A stretch of DNA of 64,000 bases. Source: Camelus ferus. Its lineage: Eukaryota. The translations under genes and the position numbers were made by a program. Location of the stretch: positions 4,712,001 to 4,776,000 of the forward strand of contig NC_045708.1 of NCBI RefSeq assembly GCF_009834535.1. The letters run 5' to 3'. Every line of letters begins with the position of its first letter. Within the stretch, counting starts at the first letter, position 1. Under the pieces are notes generated by a model. The model ran no database searches. It saw nothing but the letters and a program-made list of their open reading frames with translations, and was not told the DNA's origin. Positions 46,411 to 58,991 of the stretch are shown here, piece by piece.

Positions 46411-46939
46411 GGATTATTGAGTCTCCACCATGAGCCAGCCACCATCCTAGCTGCTGGGCGTGCAGAGAGGAGCAGAGAGAATCTCTGCCTCCATTCTCCC
46501 AGTATAGCAGGGAGTGAACACATCCAAGGGTGTCACAGGGCATTGTAAGTGCAGTGGATTAGCATAAGGGGTCTGGGCTGGTCTGCTCCCCCACACCCCA
46601 CATGGGGCCTGGAAAGGAAGAAGAGGCATGGGAAGCTGTGGTCTCCCTTTCTGGAAACCTCCACGGGAAGGTTTCTATGCAAGGTGTGTGGGCATAGGGG
46701 ACAATGTATTGAAAGGCAGGCAGGCTCCATTCAGCAGTCTAGAATCCCACCTGCAACACAGTGGGAACTCATTGCTTCTCATGGAGCTTTGAAAGTGGCC
46801 AGGGTCCTCTGGTGCTGAGACCCTCACCTGCTGCCCATCCCGAGTGCCCAGGTCTGGTTCTTCTGCGCCGTGGCGCAGCTCCCCCAACCCCGGCCCCCAG
46901 CCCTGTGCAGGTGTGGGCCGTGGGAGGCCTTGCCTGACC

Positions 46940-47240
46940 CAGTGTTAATTTTTAGCAAACAATTTGCTCAAATACCTGATAGTTCTCTTTATTTCATTCA
47001 AAGTTAAAAGGAGTTTGTGCCCATTTAGGCAGCAAGGGCACATATTTGATAAATCAGCAGATCTTTGCCATTTTGTCACTCTTAATTTTTTGTTAATTTA
47101 ATTAGGATAGAGACAGTCGCGTCTAGGTGTGCTAAATCACAGCCCGGAAAACTCCGTAAATCACTTCAGCATGGAGCGGGTGTGCGGCGCGGTTCATCGG
47201 GCGGGGCGGGGCTGCGGCTTCGGGACAGCTGCTGGCAGGG
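46940..47240. promoter_or_regulatory. Candidate regulatory block (motif cluster)
   Basis: Repeat-free AT-rich island with TAATTTAATTA (47094-47104), TAAATCACAGC (47133-47143), TAAATCACTTCA (47157-47168) and TGATAA, then a CpG-rich stretch with GGGCGGGGCGGGGC. Motifs only. Confidence 0.35.
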
Positions 47241-47378
47241 ATGCCGAGTCTCTGTCCTCCAGTTCCCAGCCGCCCCCAGCAGACACACACCTGCCTCCCC
47301 TCCCCGCCTCAGCCTCCTCGAGAGCAGCTTCTCTGCTGCCCCAGGCCTCTGAGGACGTCTGCTGTCCGTGCTCCAAGG

Positions 47379-47395
47379 AGTGCCCCCTGCTGTCC
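47379..47395 (-). promoter_or_regulatory. CTCF-like motif (GGACAGCAGGGGGCACT)
   Basis: One mismatch to the core CC(A/G)(C/G)(C/T)AG(A/G)(G/T)GGC(A/G)C; motif only. Confidence 0.3.
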
Positions 47396-50172
47396 TGTGG
47401 CAATGTCCCCTTCTCAAAGCCGTTCTGGCTCGAGGGGATCTGAGGCCAAGCAGCCTTTGTGTTGGAGGGGAGCTTCCTCCCCAGTGCGGGGGCCTCACGC
47501 TCCAGACCCCCCACCCGCCTCTCCTCCCTTAGAAGCTGCTGCCTTGCTTCCCAGCGCAGGGCCTGATGGGCTGCCCCAGGCCCTGCGTGTGAGGCAGGCT
47601 GGCCAGAAGACCGGTCCATGGGCTGTCAGGACAGGGCGGCCCCTGGGATGTTTGCCAGTCCAGCTCCAGCTACAGAAAATTCTTGGTCCAAGGAGAAGGG
47701 GCTGGGCACGCCCACAGCACGCACGCACGCAGCCCTGCGATGGGAGCCCTTCCAGCCCGCCCGCCCCCAGCCTTCTCCACACCCTCCTCGGAGTCCTGAA
47801 CCTGTCCTTGGACTCTTAAAGTTGCATCTCAAGGGGCTGAATGGAGCAGGTGGGGCCGGGATCTTTTACGACCCAACATGAGTGGCAAGAGGTAAAAAGA
47901 CTCCAGGGATACGCCTGACCGCCTCCCAGGCCATGGCAGGGTCTGCCTCCCGCCACCAGCAGGGGTCTCTGTCTGGGGATGGCTTGCAGGTCTTGGGGGG
48001 GATGCACCCGGGACCCCCAGCCATGAGCCCCGGCTGCAGGAGGCTGTGCGCCACCCAGCGTCGGGGCCTCCCAGCGTCAGAGGGCACAAGTGCCTCCCTG
48101 ACTGTGAGGCCTTGCCCTCCATCCCCTTACTGTCCCTCTGTCCGTCTTGGCTGTTTGCTGTTAACAGGACACTTGATTTTAGCTGGACAGCAGCGAGCAG
48201 CATCTCCAGAACAAATAAAGCTGTGCAGACGTTTGCTCCAGGCGTTTTACGTTTCAGCTTGAATATGTTTATTTCAGCCTTGCTGTTTGACTCGCGTCTC
48301 TGCGGGGATGTCTGGGATGTTTAAGTTTCCTGCCCACATGCCAGTACTTTCAGTGAGGGGAACCAGACAGGCTGAGGACGCTCCTGAACCTGTCCCTCTG
48401 CACCCCTGAGTGAGCCAGGGAGGAGAATCAGCCCTACGGGGGGTGCAGCAGACACCAGAGGGCAGGGGCTGGTGAGGCCGTGCCAGCTTCTGGAGGTGTC
48501 CTCCCAGGGAGCTTAGCCTGGCAGTGACTTGGACATGTGCGGGGCTGATGCCACATGCCTCCTGTGGAGTCAGTGCTGCCTGGTTTCCAAAACGAGCCCA
48601 GAGCTCAGCACAGGCTCCACCCTGCCCCCCACTCCCACCCACACCCGGCCCTTCTGGCTCCAGGTGCTTTCCAAGCATCTGACTGGAAACCCAGCACTTA
48701 GCTGGCAGTTCTGCCGCATCCCATGCAGTTTGAGCATCTTTCCACATGCACAAGCCTCATTCACTCCAAGGTTCTGGGCCACTCCTGACTCCGGGCACCC
48801 CAGTTCCCTCTGAAGAGCCCCTCAGGAGCCTGTCCCCACTCCCCAAGGCTCCTGCACACCGCGTTCTAGTTAAAGGCAGGCCCCTTGGGGAAGCTAGTTT
48901 CACAGTGACCGTTATCAAGCAGAGACGCTGCTGCCGGCCCCGGGATGGGCTGGGGCACACTGCACGCTGGAAGAGGATCTGTTGCCACAGAAGCTGATTT
49001 TGAGCCCATCTTTCCAGCTGGGGCAAGTCTGCCCTGATCCGCCCAAATGATTTTGAGTTGACTTCACGGGCCCAAGATGCAGAACCCTTGAACTCAGGAA
49101 CCTCAGCCACCACCCGGCTGAGCTGCCCCGCACGAGAGAGGGATGCAGTATCCAAAGACTGGGAGGCTGCAGCCTCTAAGTCATCCCTGATGCCAGCCTT
49201 GCTCGGGGCCCAGCCCCGCTGTGTGGTTTTCCCCTGTGGTTGGGTCCTCAGCCCTGCTCCCCGGGCCCCTGCTCGTCTCTTCCCTGGACTCCATTCTCCC
49301 TAGCCTCCGGCTCAGTGACGGCCCCTCTCCTGCTTGCAAGGAGCGTGCATGTTGGCATGGGAGAGACGTGTTTGGAGGCCCAGCCCCACCCTTGCCAGCT
49401 GCTCCCCCCCGCAGCGGGTAACCATCTCAGCCAGCCTCCACCAAGGCCCCAGTAAAACAAGTGAAACAGGACAGAGTGTTCCCTGTTGCATCAGGTGGAG
49501 AAATCGATTAGCTAATGTTTGAAACCCCTGCTTCCGCTAATGTGGCTCCTCCCTCCCTCTCCAAACCCACACAGGCCACTGCAGGTGCTCTGAGAAGTTC
49601 CTCCTGCCACGCCCAGTGGCTTTTCAGTCCTCGCCAGATGTTTGCTGGTGCTGCGCACTTCTGCCTGGAGCTCTCGTTGCCATGGTTTCCGTGATGCTAC
49701 TTCTCGGGTCCCTCTTAACTTGCTACCCTTTTGGTTCCCAGTCTCCTTTGCTGGCTTCTCTGGAATCTTCTGGACATCCAAGTCCCCTAGGGCCCTGCCC
49801 TCGGTCTCCTTCCTTCCCAGCATCTCTATGTCCTGCCTCCAGGGGGACCTTACCCACTGTCATGACTTCCATCCCCCCGCCTCCGGTGTGTGCTGCAGGC
49901 CCTCTCATTGAGCATGCTCAGACCAGAGCCTCTTACCTCTCATCCCCGAGCCCCACCACTAACACCACCAAATGAAAGACTTCTCTTTCTCGCACAGTTA
50001 CAGTAACACAGCAATCCACACAGCCCCGAACCAGGAGACCTCACAATCCTAATTTCTCCTTGCTCTCCATGTCCCAAGTCCAATCCTTTATTACGAACCC
50101 CCACTTCTGCTCTCCCATCTGGTCCCTGTTTCCCCCTGAGCCAGGCCATGAGGTCTCTGGACTCCATGACTG

Positions 50173-50191
50173 CAGCGCCCCCTGCCAGCAG
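50173..50191 (-). promoter_or_regulatory. CTCF-like motif (CTGCTGGCAGGGGGCGCTG)
   Basis: Strong 3' half AGGGGGCGCT, one core mismatch; motif only. Confidence 0.3.
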
Positions 50192-50739
50192 GCAGTGTCC
50201 CAGCGCCCCTGACCCCAGACCCCTGTCGCCGTCCAGCCCAGGTTTCCCCTCCTGCTTCCAGGGTCCTTCTGTGCTTCTTGGCTCCTCTTAAAGCTAGAGG
50301 CGGCGTCCTTCACCCAGCGCACACAGAGAGAAAGCTGCAAAATAGATTTTAAAATGTGCACAGTATAAAAATGATAGCAGAAGATTGGACACAGATGGGT
50401 AGGAGGTTATGACGGAAAAGAATTTTGCTTAATCTTGGAATGAAAAATACCCTGATCCTGGCAGAGTCCAGTCAGAAGGAATTTCCAGCGAGCTCTGTCT
50501 TCCTGCCACATTGTCTTCAACACAATTGATCTTTGCTTTTATTGCTTTTCTCCTCCCTTCCCCTCACTTGGCTTTTTTTTGCAGATAACGCACGGAAAGC
50601 CGTTTTCTGTTGTTGGAGCCATTTGTGAGGGAGGCCTTCAGCGTCCCTGCCGTTTCCTCCCCCAGTGCTGCCCCCTCTGTCCCCTGCGGGCTGGGGGCAC
50701 CTGCCGGCCTTGGTCTGTGATCGGCTGACCTTGGAGGGC

Positions 50740-50890
50740 CTGGGTTCAGCCCCCAGCCCCACCACTGGCCTTGGACAATTTGCCGTTGTGGGGATCAGGT
50801 CCTCACATCTGGAAAATGAGGATCTCATCCCTTTCCCATAAGGTTGTTGTGAGAATTCGGTAGAATGACTGCAGGAAACGTGTAGCTCTG
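50740..50890 (+). mobile_element. MIR fragment
   Basis: TGGGTTCAGCCCC...CCTTGGACAAT...CCTCACATCTGGAAAATGAGG...GGTTGTTGTGAGAATT. Confidence 0.7.
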
Positions 50891-51485
50891 GAAGGTGCTG
50901 GATCTCATGTTGCTGCTTCTCCTGTTGTCACTGTCACCACGAACGTGAGCCACAGAGCCGAGGGTTCAGCGACTCTGGGTCCATGCTGTCGGGGGCCGCC
51001 CTGGGCTCACCCAGCCCCATCGCTGTGGTGCTGTTGGGGGAGGAGGCAGAGAACATCTCCATCCTTGGGGGGCCAGCGGGAGAGGGCGTCTCCTGGCGTC
51101 AGTCTGAGCAGCCCTCCGGCCCTCAGCCTTCGGGCGCACCAGGCTGGCGGGGATGGATGCGCACATCCGACTCCCTCTTTTCAAAATTCGAGCTTTCACG
51201 GAATCAGATGGGAAGTGTTAACAGCCTCCCTCTTCCTGGAAGGAATGTCCTGGGAGGGTTGCTGCTGGGAAGCTGGCAGGGGCCCAGCCGAGGAGTCTAG
51301 CACTTGTTGGAGCCACTGCCTTGGGGACCCTGCCGCATGTCCCAGCCCTGGGCTTCTGGGTGGAGCGGGCTTGGCCCCAGCCTGCCTCCCCCCCTGCCGT
51401 GGGCTCAGGCGGGCACCTGGCTCCCCGCGAGGATGTGCCCGCTGGGAGCACTTCTCCAGGTACAACTGGGAGTCTAGTGGGGCCA

Positions 51486-51887
51486 TTTTTTCTCTTGTTT
51501 TTTCTTTATTGAAGCGTAGTTGATGTACAGTGTTGTGCTAGTTTCTGGTCTACAGCAAAGTGATTCATATACAGATTCTTTTTCAGATTCTTTTCTATTA
51601 TAGGTTATTACGAGATAAAAATATAGTTCCCTGTGCTGTATAGTAGGACCGTGTTGTTTATCTGTTTTATATATACTAGTTAGTATTTGCAAATCTCAAA
51701 GTCCTAATTTATCCCTTCCCACCCCCTCTCCCACTTGGTAACCATAAAATTGTTTTCTACATCTGTAAGTCTGTTACTGTTTTGTAAATAAGTTCATTTG
51801 TATCATATTTTAGATTCCACGTGTAAGCGATGTCATATGGCATTTGTCTTTCTCTGTCTGACTTACATCACTTAGTGTGATCATCTC
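51486..51887 (-). mobile_element. Cetartiodactyl/camelid-type L1 3' fragment
   Basis: T-tract, TTTATTGAAGCGTAGTTG...ATAGTTCCCTGTGCTGTATAG...TTAGATTCCACGTGTAAG...CACTTAGTGTGATCATCTC. Confidence 0.92.
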
Positions 51888-53704
51888 AGGGTTCAGCCGG
51901 TGGCGCCTTTAGTTGCTTCTGTTGGCAGCTCCCTTTTCCTACCCAGAGAGGCCTGTCCCTCGGCTGGACCAGACACGTGGACCAGGGCTGGAGGGCCTCG
52001 AGTGTCCGCACCCCACTCCGGCCAGATCGGGGCTCCTGCCCTGCCTCTTCCTTGGTCGGGAGGCCTGCCCTCGACACGTGCTGTTCTTTCTGCGTGGGGC
52101 TGTCTCCCCACTGGAGAAGTGTGGCCAGGGCAGGGCCCAGTGCCAGGCACAGAGCCACGTGGTGCTGGACAGGTGCTCCCTGGGTAAAAGGAGGGGAGGG
52201 CAGACAGAATGGGGGAAGGACCCGATGCGGGGGCAGGAAGGTGGAACTCTGTGTGGATGCTTGCCCCTTGTTGCCCGGCTCAGTCTCTCAGAGTTTCCCT
52301 GGCGTCTACTCTGTGTTATGAGATGGTCCCTCAGATGCCCAAAGAAGATGCTCTCCCAGCCCCAAGTGGTCTCTCCTTTGACCTGTCGCTCCTCAGCTCC
52401 CCTCTTTCTAACCTATCCCTTTAGGGTCATTTCCTTTGCTTCTGGGTTCTGCCCCCGTTCCCTCTTGCAGCCCCAGGTCTCTTTGGCCACCGGAGGGGTT
52501 GGGTATCCAGACCATTGCTCCAGCATATCCAATGTGTTCCCTTGGCACCTCTTGTAAGCAGCCGGCTTCCTGACCAGACTGGGGAGAAGGGCAGAAAGGA
52601 GTGGCTTCCAGACGCCACCTGTCCCAGGCTGAGCAGGAAGGCAGGTGGGCGGCTCCACCTGAGTGCCTCTGGCTGAGCACAGTCCTGGCTTCTCTGATTT
52701 GCCCTTGACTGGTCTCTTAGACACAGATTGGCAGCCACAAGGCTGAATGATGCTCCAGTGAGATACATGCGGGCGGCTTGTGGGCGGGTAATTTATCTGA
52801 GTTAGCACGGTGCGGGGGTGCGAGACCCAGGGTGAGAAAGCCTGTTCTCTGGGAGTTGACGGAAGCCCCTCACAGTGGTGTAGGCAGGGAAGGGTAGAAT
52901 CTAAGCCTAGGGTCCCCAAGGGAGTGGGGTGAGGCCAAGAGAAGGGAGGATGCAGACAGGAGAGACTTGGGAGCGTCCCAGGCTTTGGAGGAGAAGACAG
53001 GATGGTTGGCCCAGACGCGAGTGGTCAGGGCAGGGCCAGCCCAGGCTGCAGCTGCGGGCCCCATGGCTGCAGGGAGGTTTGCTTTCCAAGTCTGAGGAGC
53101 TGATTTAGCCCATGGGCACTTTTTATCACCACCTGCTATTTTAGCATCGGCATAACTTTGTAGACCTACCTGTTGCCTGGCCTGCAGTCCTGAATTAGTG
53201 ACCCACCTTTACCTGCCTTTACCTGCGGTGCAGCTCTGGGTGCAGGAGAGGAGGCAGAGCAGAGCCAAGAGCCCGAGGACAGTGCAGGGCTGGTCCCTTC
53301 CCACTTCTGTCTGGCCACATCCCCGCGCACACTCTGAGGGCCCTGGAGAAACTCGGCTAGGGCCTGGGCCTCTGGAAGCTACTGGTCTTCCGTGTCTTAA
53401 GAACAGGAGGTCAGGGTTCACTGGGTCAGAGTGGGAGAGTGACAGAAGCTGCCACGGGTGTCTGCTTCCTCTGAGCATCCAGCACCACACAGGGACCCTG
53501 CGGTTGGGGACCCAAGCTCCACACTCCAGAGCAGCCCCTTCTGGGAACCCACCCGGACCCACGTGGCGGGGGCACAGCTCGTATGATGCATGCTGCGGCT
53601 GCTCATGGGGGTAGCTGCCAGTGCCAGTACCAGCTCTGGGAAGTAGACAGACCGAGGCTCCAAGAATGACCCTGCTGCTTACCAGCCCTGAGACCCTGCC
53701 ATGG

Positions 53705-53785
53705 AGTTCTTCTCCCTGGGCCTCAGTCTCCCCTGGTGTAAAATGGGGGTAGTGAGAATGCCAGTGTCGGTAGGTTATTTTTCAG
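53705..53785 (+). mobile_element. MIR core fragment
   Basis: CTCCCTGGGCCTCAGTCTCCCC...TGTAAAATGGGG. Confidence 0.7.
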
Positions 53786-53789
53786 ACTC

Positions 53790-54327
53790 TGTTTGAACGT
53801 GTCCCCTGGATCTTTTCGAATCAGGCATGGCAGTCACGCAGACACGGAAACGATGTCACAGAGAAGCTCATCCTCGCAGACCCCTGGAATCAGGATGCTG
53901 GGCGGGGCCAGGCGGGGAAGCACCTGGGCTGGTCAGGAGGAAGGAGCAGGAGGAACATGTGGGCAAGAAACTTTATTGTGGTTTCCACAAGAAGGAATCA
54001 GCAAGGCAACAGAAGCAAGCATAGGATCGGCCAGTTTGAATCATTTCAGAGGACTCTGGGATGTAGGAACTGTCCAGGCTTTCTGGCTCTGGCCCTGGGA
54101 TGATTAGGGCAGAGGAATATTGCTTCCTGGAACCAGATGGAGGAGGCGGTTCTAAGTGTGGGCTCTGGATTGGGTGGTTTGCACATGAGAGGTGCACTCC
54201 TGGCTAAGTCTTATGCTGTCTACGAGTTAGCTAGCCCTGGAGGGGAAGGTCCCTCTCAGGTCATATCAGCAAGGCCACAGGTGTGAGAGCCTCAAGAACA
54301 TGGAAAATGAGAGAGCATGATTATTAT
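53790..54327 (-). mobile_element. ERVL-type solo LTR, MER54/MER74-group-like
   Basis: CTTTATTGTGGTTTCC (minus-strand AATAAA)...GCCAGTTTGAATCATTTCAG...GGGCTCTGGATTGGGTGGTTTGCACATG...GCTAGCCCTGG...CAGCAAGGCC...CATGATTATT; family from recall. Confidence 0.7.
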
Positions 54328-54749
54328 AAACACCCGTCCATGCCGAGTTCCTGGCAGGAGCCCCACGCTAGCGTGAGCACTCAGCACCAAAGAAAGAATG
54401 AGAGATGCCAATGAACACCTCACCCCAATTCTATAAAGAAAAAGAGCAGATCTGCCTCATGGGCTCCTACAAGGAATGAGTGGCCTGCAGCCTGTGGCAT
54501 CACTCACTGCACATGAGAACCTCTGCCTGGGCCTGGGCCGGGCATCTCGCCGCTGCCCGGGCGCCCGCACAGGGTGGCCATTGCTCTCAAGATGGTCATT
54601 TCTGTGCTCACTCATGGGAACCAGCTGGGTGGCATGTCTGGCTGGTTCCCCAGTGCTGGGACAGTTTCCTACATCCAAGCATCTGGGTGTTCCGTGTGAC
54701 CCTTCACACGGAGCACAGGCACACCTTCAGCTGATCCTTGGCAGAGCCT

Positions 54750-54860
54750 AAGTTTTTTCCTACTATCCCCTTTTTACAGATAGGGAAATTGCTGCTCAGA
54801 GAGGCTGGAGTCACCTGCCCCAGGTCATGTGGCCGAGAAGTGCTTGGTCTCCAGGACTTC
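54750..54860 (-). mobile_element. MIR core fragment
   Basis: ATCCCCTTTTTACAGATAGGGAAATTG.GCTCAGAGAGG...ACCTGCCCCAGGTCA. Confidence 0.8.
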
Positions 54861-54924
54861 TCGAGGAGCAATGAACATACAGTAAAGTCCAGCCCCTCTT
54901 CCGCGTCCAGTCCTGAGAGCTTTG

Positions 54925-56670
54925 GCAAATGTATGCGGTTGTAGCATCACCACCACAGTCAAGACAAAGGGCTTTTTCACCAGCTCAGAAATGTCCCTGT
55001 ACCTCTTTGCAGTCCAGCTCTCCCCACATCCCAGCCCCTGATCTGTTTCCAGTCTCCATAGCTCTGCCTTTTCCAGAGCATCATGGAACCACCCAGTGCG
55101 TAGCCTTTAGGGTCCGGCTTCTTTCGCTGAGCGTAACGGTTGTGCGTTCACGCATGTGGTTGCACGTACCAGCAGCTGATTGCTTTTACTGTGAGCAGCG
55201 TTCCGTGGCATGGAGGGTGCACAGCAGCGCATCTGCCTGTTGGAAGACATCTAGGATGTCCCCAGTTTGGGGCTGTAACAGGTAAAGGACTATAGACATC
55301 CGCATTCAGGTTTCTGTGTAAACGTAAGTTTTTCTTTCTCTTGGGCAAATTTCTAGGAGGGAGATTGCTGGGTCATCTGGTAAGTTTGTTTAACTTTATA
55401 AGAAACAGCCCACTGTTTTCCAAAAAGGCTACCATTTCGCGTCTCCATCAGCAGCGTATCAGAGTTCCGGCTGCTCCGTATCCTTGCCAGCATTTGGTTC
55501 TGTCATTTTTTAAGATACTCTGATAGGCGTTTAGTAGGATTTCACTGCGATGTTAATTTGCATGTCCCTCCTGAGTGGTGATGTTGGACATTTTTTCTTG
55601 TGTTTATTGGCCGTACATGTACCTACTTTGGGGGGCGGCTTTTCAAAGTTTTATCACCTATTTTTCATCGGGTTGTTTGTTTTCCTGTTATTTCTTACTA
55701 TTGAGTTTTGAGAGTTCTTTGTGTTTTCTAGATACACCTCGCTTATCATATATGTGATTTGCAAATATTTTCCCGCAGCCTGTGGCTGCCATTTTGTTCT
55801 TTTAACAGCATCTTTCAAAGAACAGATGTTCGTTCTTATTTTTGATGAAGTCAAACTTATCAATTTGTTCCTTTATGAATCATGCTTTTGAAATCTTTTC
55901 TAAGCAGTCTTTGCCTAACTCAAGATCACAAGGATTTTTTGTGGTTTTTCTACTTTGAGGTTTTACATTTATGTCTATGATCTATTTTGCATTAAAATAT
56001 GTATATGGTACGAGGTATGGATCAGAGTTCCTTTTTTTTTTTTTTTGCTTATAGGTATCCAATTTTTCCAGCCCCATTTATTGAAATGATTATCCTTTCC
56101 CCACTGAATTGCGGCTGCACTCTTGTTGAACATCAGTTAACCGCATAGGGATGGTTCTATTTCTGGACTCTATTTATTGATATCTGTACTTTTGCCAATT
56201 CCATGCTGTCTTGATTCCTGTAGCTTTATAGTCAGTCTTGAAATCAGGCAGTGTCTTCCAACTTTGTTCTTTTTCAGAATTGTTTCAGCAACTCCACCTC
56301 TTTTGCCTTTCCATAGCAGTTTTAGAATTAGTTTGTTGATTTCTCCAAAATAAAAATCCTCCTGGGATCTTGATGGACACTGTGTTGAATCTGTAAATTC
56401 GTTTGGGGAGAATTAACATCTTAAACACTATTGCGTCTTCCAATTCATCAACATGGACTATGTCTTTATTTATTTAGATCTTTTTTTATTTCTTTCCCCA
56501 GTGTTGTGTAGTTTTCAGCACACAGATGTTACACACTATGTTGTTAGATCTACTGCTGACTTTTTTGGTATTTTTTGTTGCTATCATACGTGATACTGTT
56601 TAGGGTTTTTTCCATTTCCCATTGTGCATTGTGGTCACAGAAATGTGACTGACTTCTGGTTGTTGTGCAC
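54925..56670 (-). mobile_element. L1MB/L1MC-type fragment, ~1.7 kb
   Basis: Continuous antisense L1 3'UTR-to-ORF2 sequence: CACCACCACAGTCAAGA...GAGATTGCTGGGTCATCTGGTAAG...GATTTGCAAATATTTTC...GTAGCTTTATAGT.AGTCTTGAAATCAGG...GGGAGAATTAACATCTT. Confidence 0.9.
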
Positions 56671-57730
56671 TGAGCTGCGTTTGGGTCTTTTTGGCTCCAT
56701 GTGCAGCCCTCCCCGCCCCGCCCCAGGCTGTCTCCTTGTCTCCTTGGCACGAGGAGCAGGGTCTGGGAACTGGGTTACTAGGTTCTCATTCAAGTGCCTG
56801 ACTCTGAGTCACCACCCTCTGGCTGTCATTTCCCTCTCCCTAAAAACAGGATTAAGCCCCCTGCTCTCCCATCGCCCCCAGAAACGGTAAAGATGAGTGA
56901 CTAAGGCGGCAGGGGCCTCAGCGCTCGGGCATAAGGGGTCTGACGTGGTTGAGATTCAGTTATTTTTATTTTTGTCTCCAATCCAGGCGGTATCATTCGC
57001 ATCTTGGGGAGAACGGGTGTGGGTGGGTGGACCGTGGCATCAGGAGACCGCTCGTCTTCCTCCGCATGGCTCCCGGGGCCTCCCAACCCCGCCTCACACG
57101 GGCTCAGCAGGCCCCAGGGACTTCGCTTGTTTGTGCCCCGCCCCTCACCTGAGAGCACCCTCTCCCCTCACCTTTCTCTCCTGGGAGACCCTGGGGAGCC
57201 TTCCCTCCTCACCCTCTGCTGCAGCGCACCGTCACCTGGCACCTGGCATCCTCCCTGCGGCGGTGACCGCTGGTACTCCCTCCTCACTCGGGTTGGCCAT
57301 TGTCCCATTCTCCAAACCATGGTATTAGGAGGGGTCAAATTCCCTTCTGAGGCTGGTCACAGGCCCACCAGATGCCCAGCCGACGGGGAGGGCTCACCTG
57401 TGCTGAGTGATGCCTTGCCTTCCTCAGGGTCCCCAGCTCCTCCCTCTTCTCCTTTCTTTGAGGTTTGCAGTCGGTTTGGGAGGCGCTTTGGTCAGGTGCG
57501 CAGTGAGCACCAGTGGGTAAAGCCTGCAGGGAGGTGGGAAGCAGGAACTGGGGGAGTTGGGGTACCACACTGGACGTCACTGTTGAAACTGGAAGAGAAA
57601 AAGTCCAGAATACACCACACCAGCCTCGTGAGTGGTCCCTCACTCAGACAGCACCCTTGCGCAGATCCTGTCAGTAGGAGCTGTTCTCAAAGTGTTGTCC
57701 ACCAGGGGGATGGAGCAGCGAATGGGTGCC

Positions 57731-58060
57731 CATTCATGATTCTTCCATTCACAAAATAGTCCCCGGCACAGAGCAAGTGCTTCAAGAACATTTGTTGAAT
57801 AAATGAATGAATGACTATGTGTTATGTGCCCAGTGCTATGCGAGGCATTTGGGATACTAAGATGGATGGGAAATAGTATTAACCCTCCAGAAGCTCCCAA
57901 CCTAGTGAGAGAGGCAGATGAAAAAATAAAAATAACAATGTGGATAAGTCAAATGATAGAGATGTCTCTAGGAGGATAGGAGAGAGGAAAGTATCTGGGA
58001 AGGCTTCCTGGAGGAGGTGACATTATTAGGCCCTTAAGGATGAGTAGGAGCTGATCATGA
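57731..58060 (-). mobile_element. L2 fragment containing a short opposite-strand L2 tail (57761-57813)
   Basis: CATTCA...CACAAAAT / GGCACAGAGCAAGTGCTTCAAGAACATTTGTTGAATAAATGAATGAATG / GGGAAGGCTTCCTGGAGGAGGTGACA. Confidence 0.75.
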
Positions 58061-58991
58061 CCCCATAGCTCTAAGTCATCTGGCCAGACCCTTATGCTCA
58101 CAGAGAGAAGGCCTCTGCATGAGGACGACTGTCCACAGTCACATGCAGCCTGTGACCTCCCGATCACGTAAGGGCCGCGGGGCCAGGGCTCCTTGTCATG
58201 GTGTTTTGTCAGAGCTGCCACCTGGGCCACATGTCAGCCCTGAGGATGATTGTGTTTATTGGTCTGGTTTCCTGGAAGTCCGTGAGGCTCTTCCCCCCTC
58301 CCCACGGCCAGGGCGCTTTGACATCCCTCCCCAGCCCTGGGCCCTTCCACTGCTGACCCCTTCACCTGGGCCTGTTGCCATCCTGCCCTAACCATGGACT
58401 TGACTCCAGACACTGTGCTGACCAGGGCTGCGCCCCATCCCCCCTGGGGTCCCAGCCTCCCTGGAAGGGCTGGTCACATTGTGTGACTCTCCCACTGCAG
58501 CTTTTCCAATGAGAGTCTGGCCAGGACCATCCCCCTGGGCACCTTCTGGGCCCAGCCAGGCTGTCAGTCACTTACTCTATCCTGTCCCTGGTTGTCAGCA
58601 GGCCCTCCAGGCAGACTTTTAAAAGCTGTTTGCTGAACAAAGCACCATTTCTAACTCTGCAGAAACAAACTTGCCTCCCCATTAAGTCTGGCCCCACTTG
58701 CCCAGTGGCCCGAGGGTTTGAGAGCAGTCAGTAAGACCAGGTTGTTTCCCGGGCCTAGGGGCAGCTCCTAGCAGGGGTATCGGGACCCCTCCCTCTCAAC
58801 CTGTCCCCAGGTCCTAGGGTGGACCCGTGTTGAGCCTTTCTGGTTGGCGAGGTGAGGACATGCCAGCGGGCTGTGGACTTACTCAGCCTTGACCCAGGGA
58901 CCTCTTACCATCAGCAACGTCCGAGCCAGACCAGCAGGACAAACCCACAATGTCTTCTTGATGTTTCCAGTGTAACTTAAAAAAAGATAAT

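Noticed and set aside
46237-46548. Acidic D/E-rich ORF, and poly-His/Ser on the other strand
   Set aside because: Trinucleotide low-complexity tail of a MIR; the acidic reading switches frame midway and the acceptor is weak.
8395-47230. CpG islands at ~8400, 18100, 25300, 33100, 34750, 38700 and 47170
   Set aside because: CpG-rich patches look short and the regional background is already CpG-rich; not called without a computed observed/expected ratio.
57731-57813. Inverted L2 tails as a miR-28/95/151-type hairpin
   Set aside because: Only a 7-bp stem plus a short interrupted stem; pairing is too weak for a pre-miRNA.
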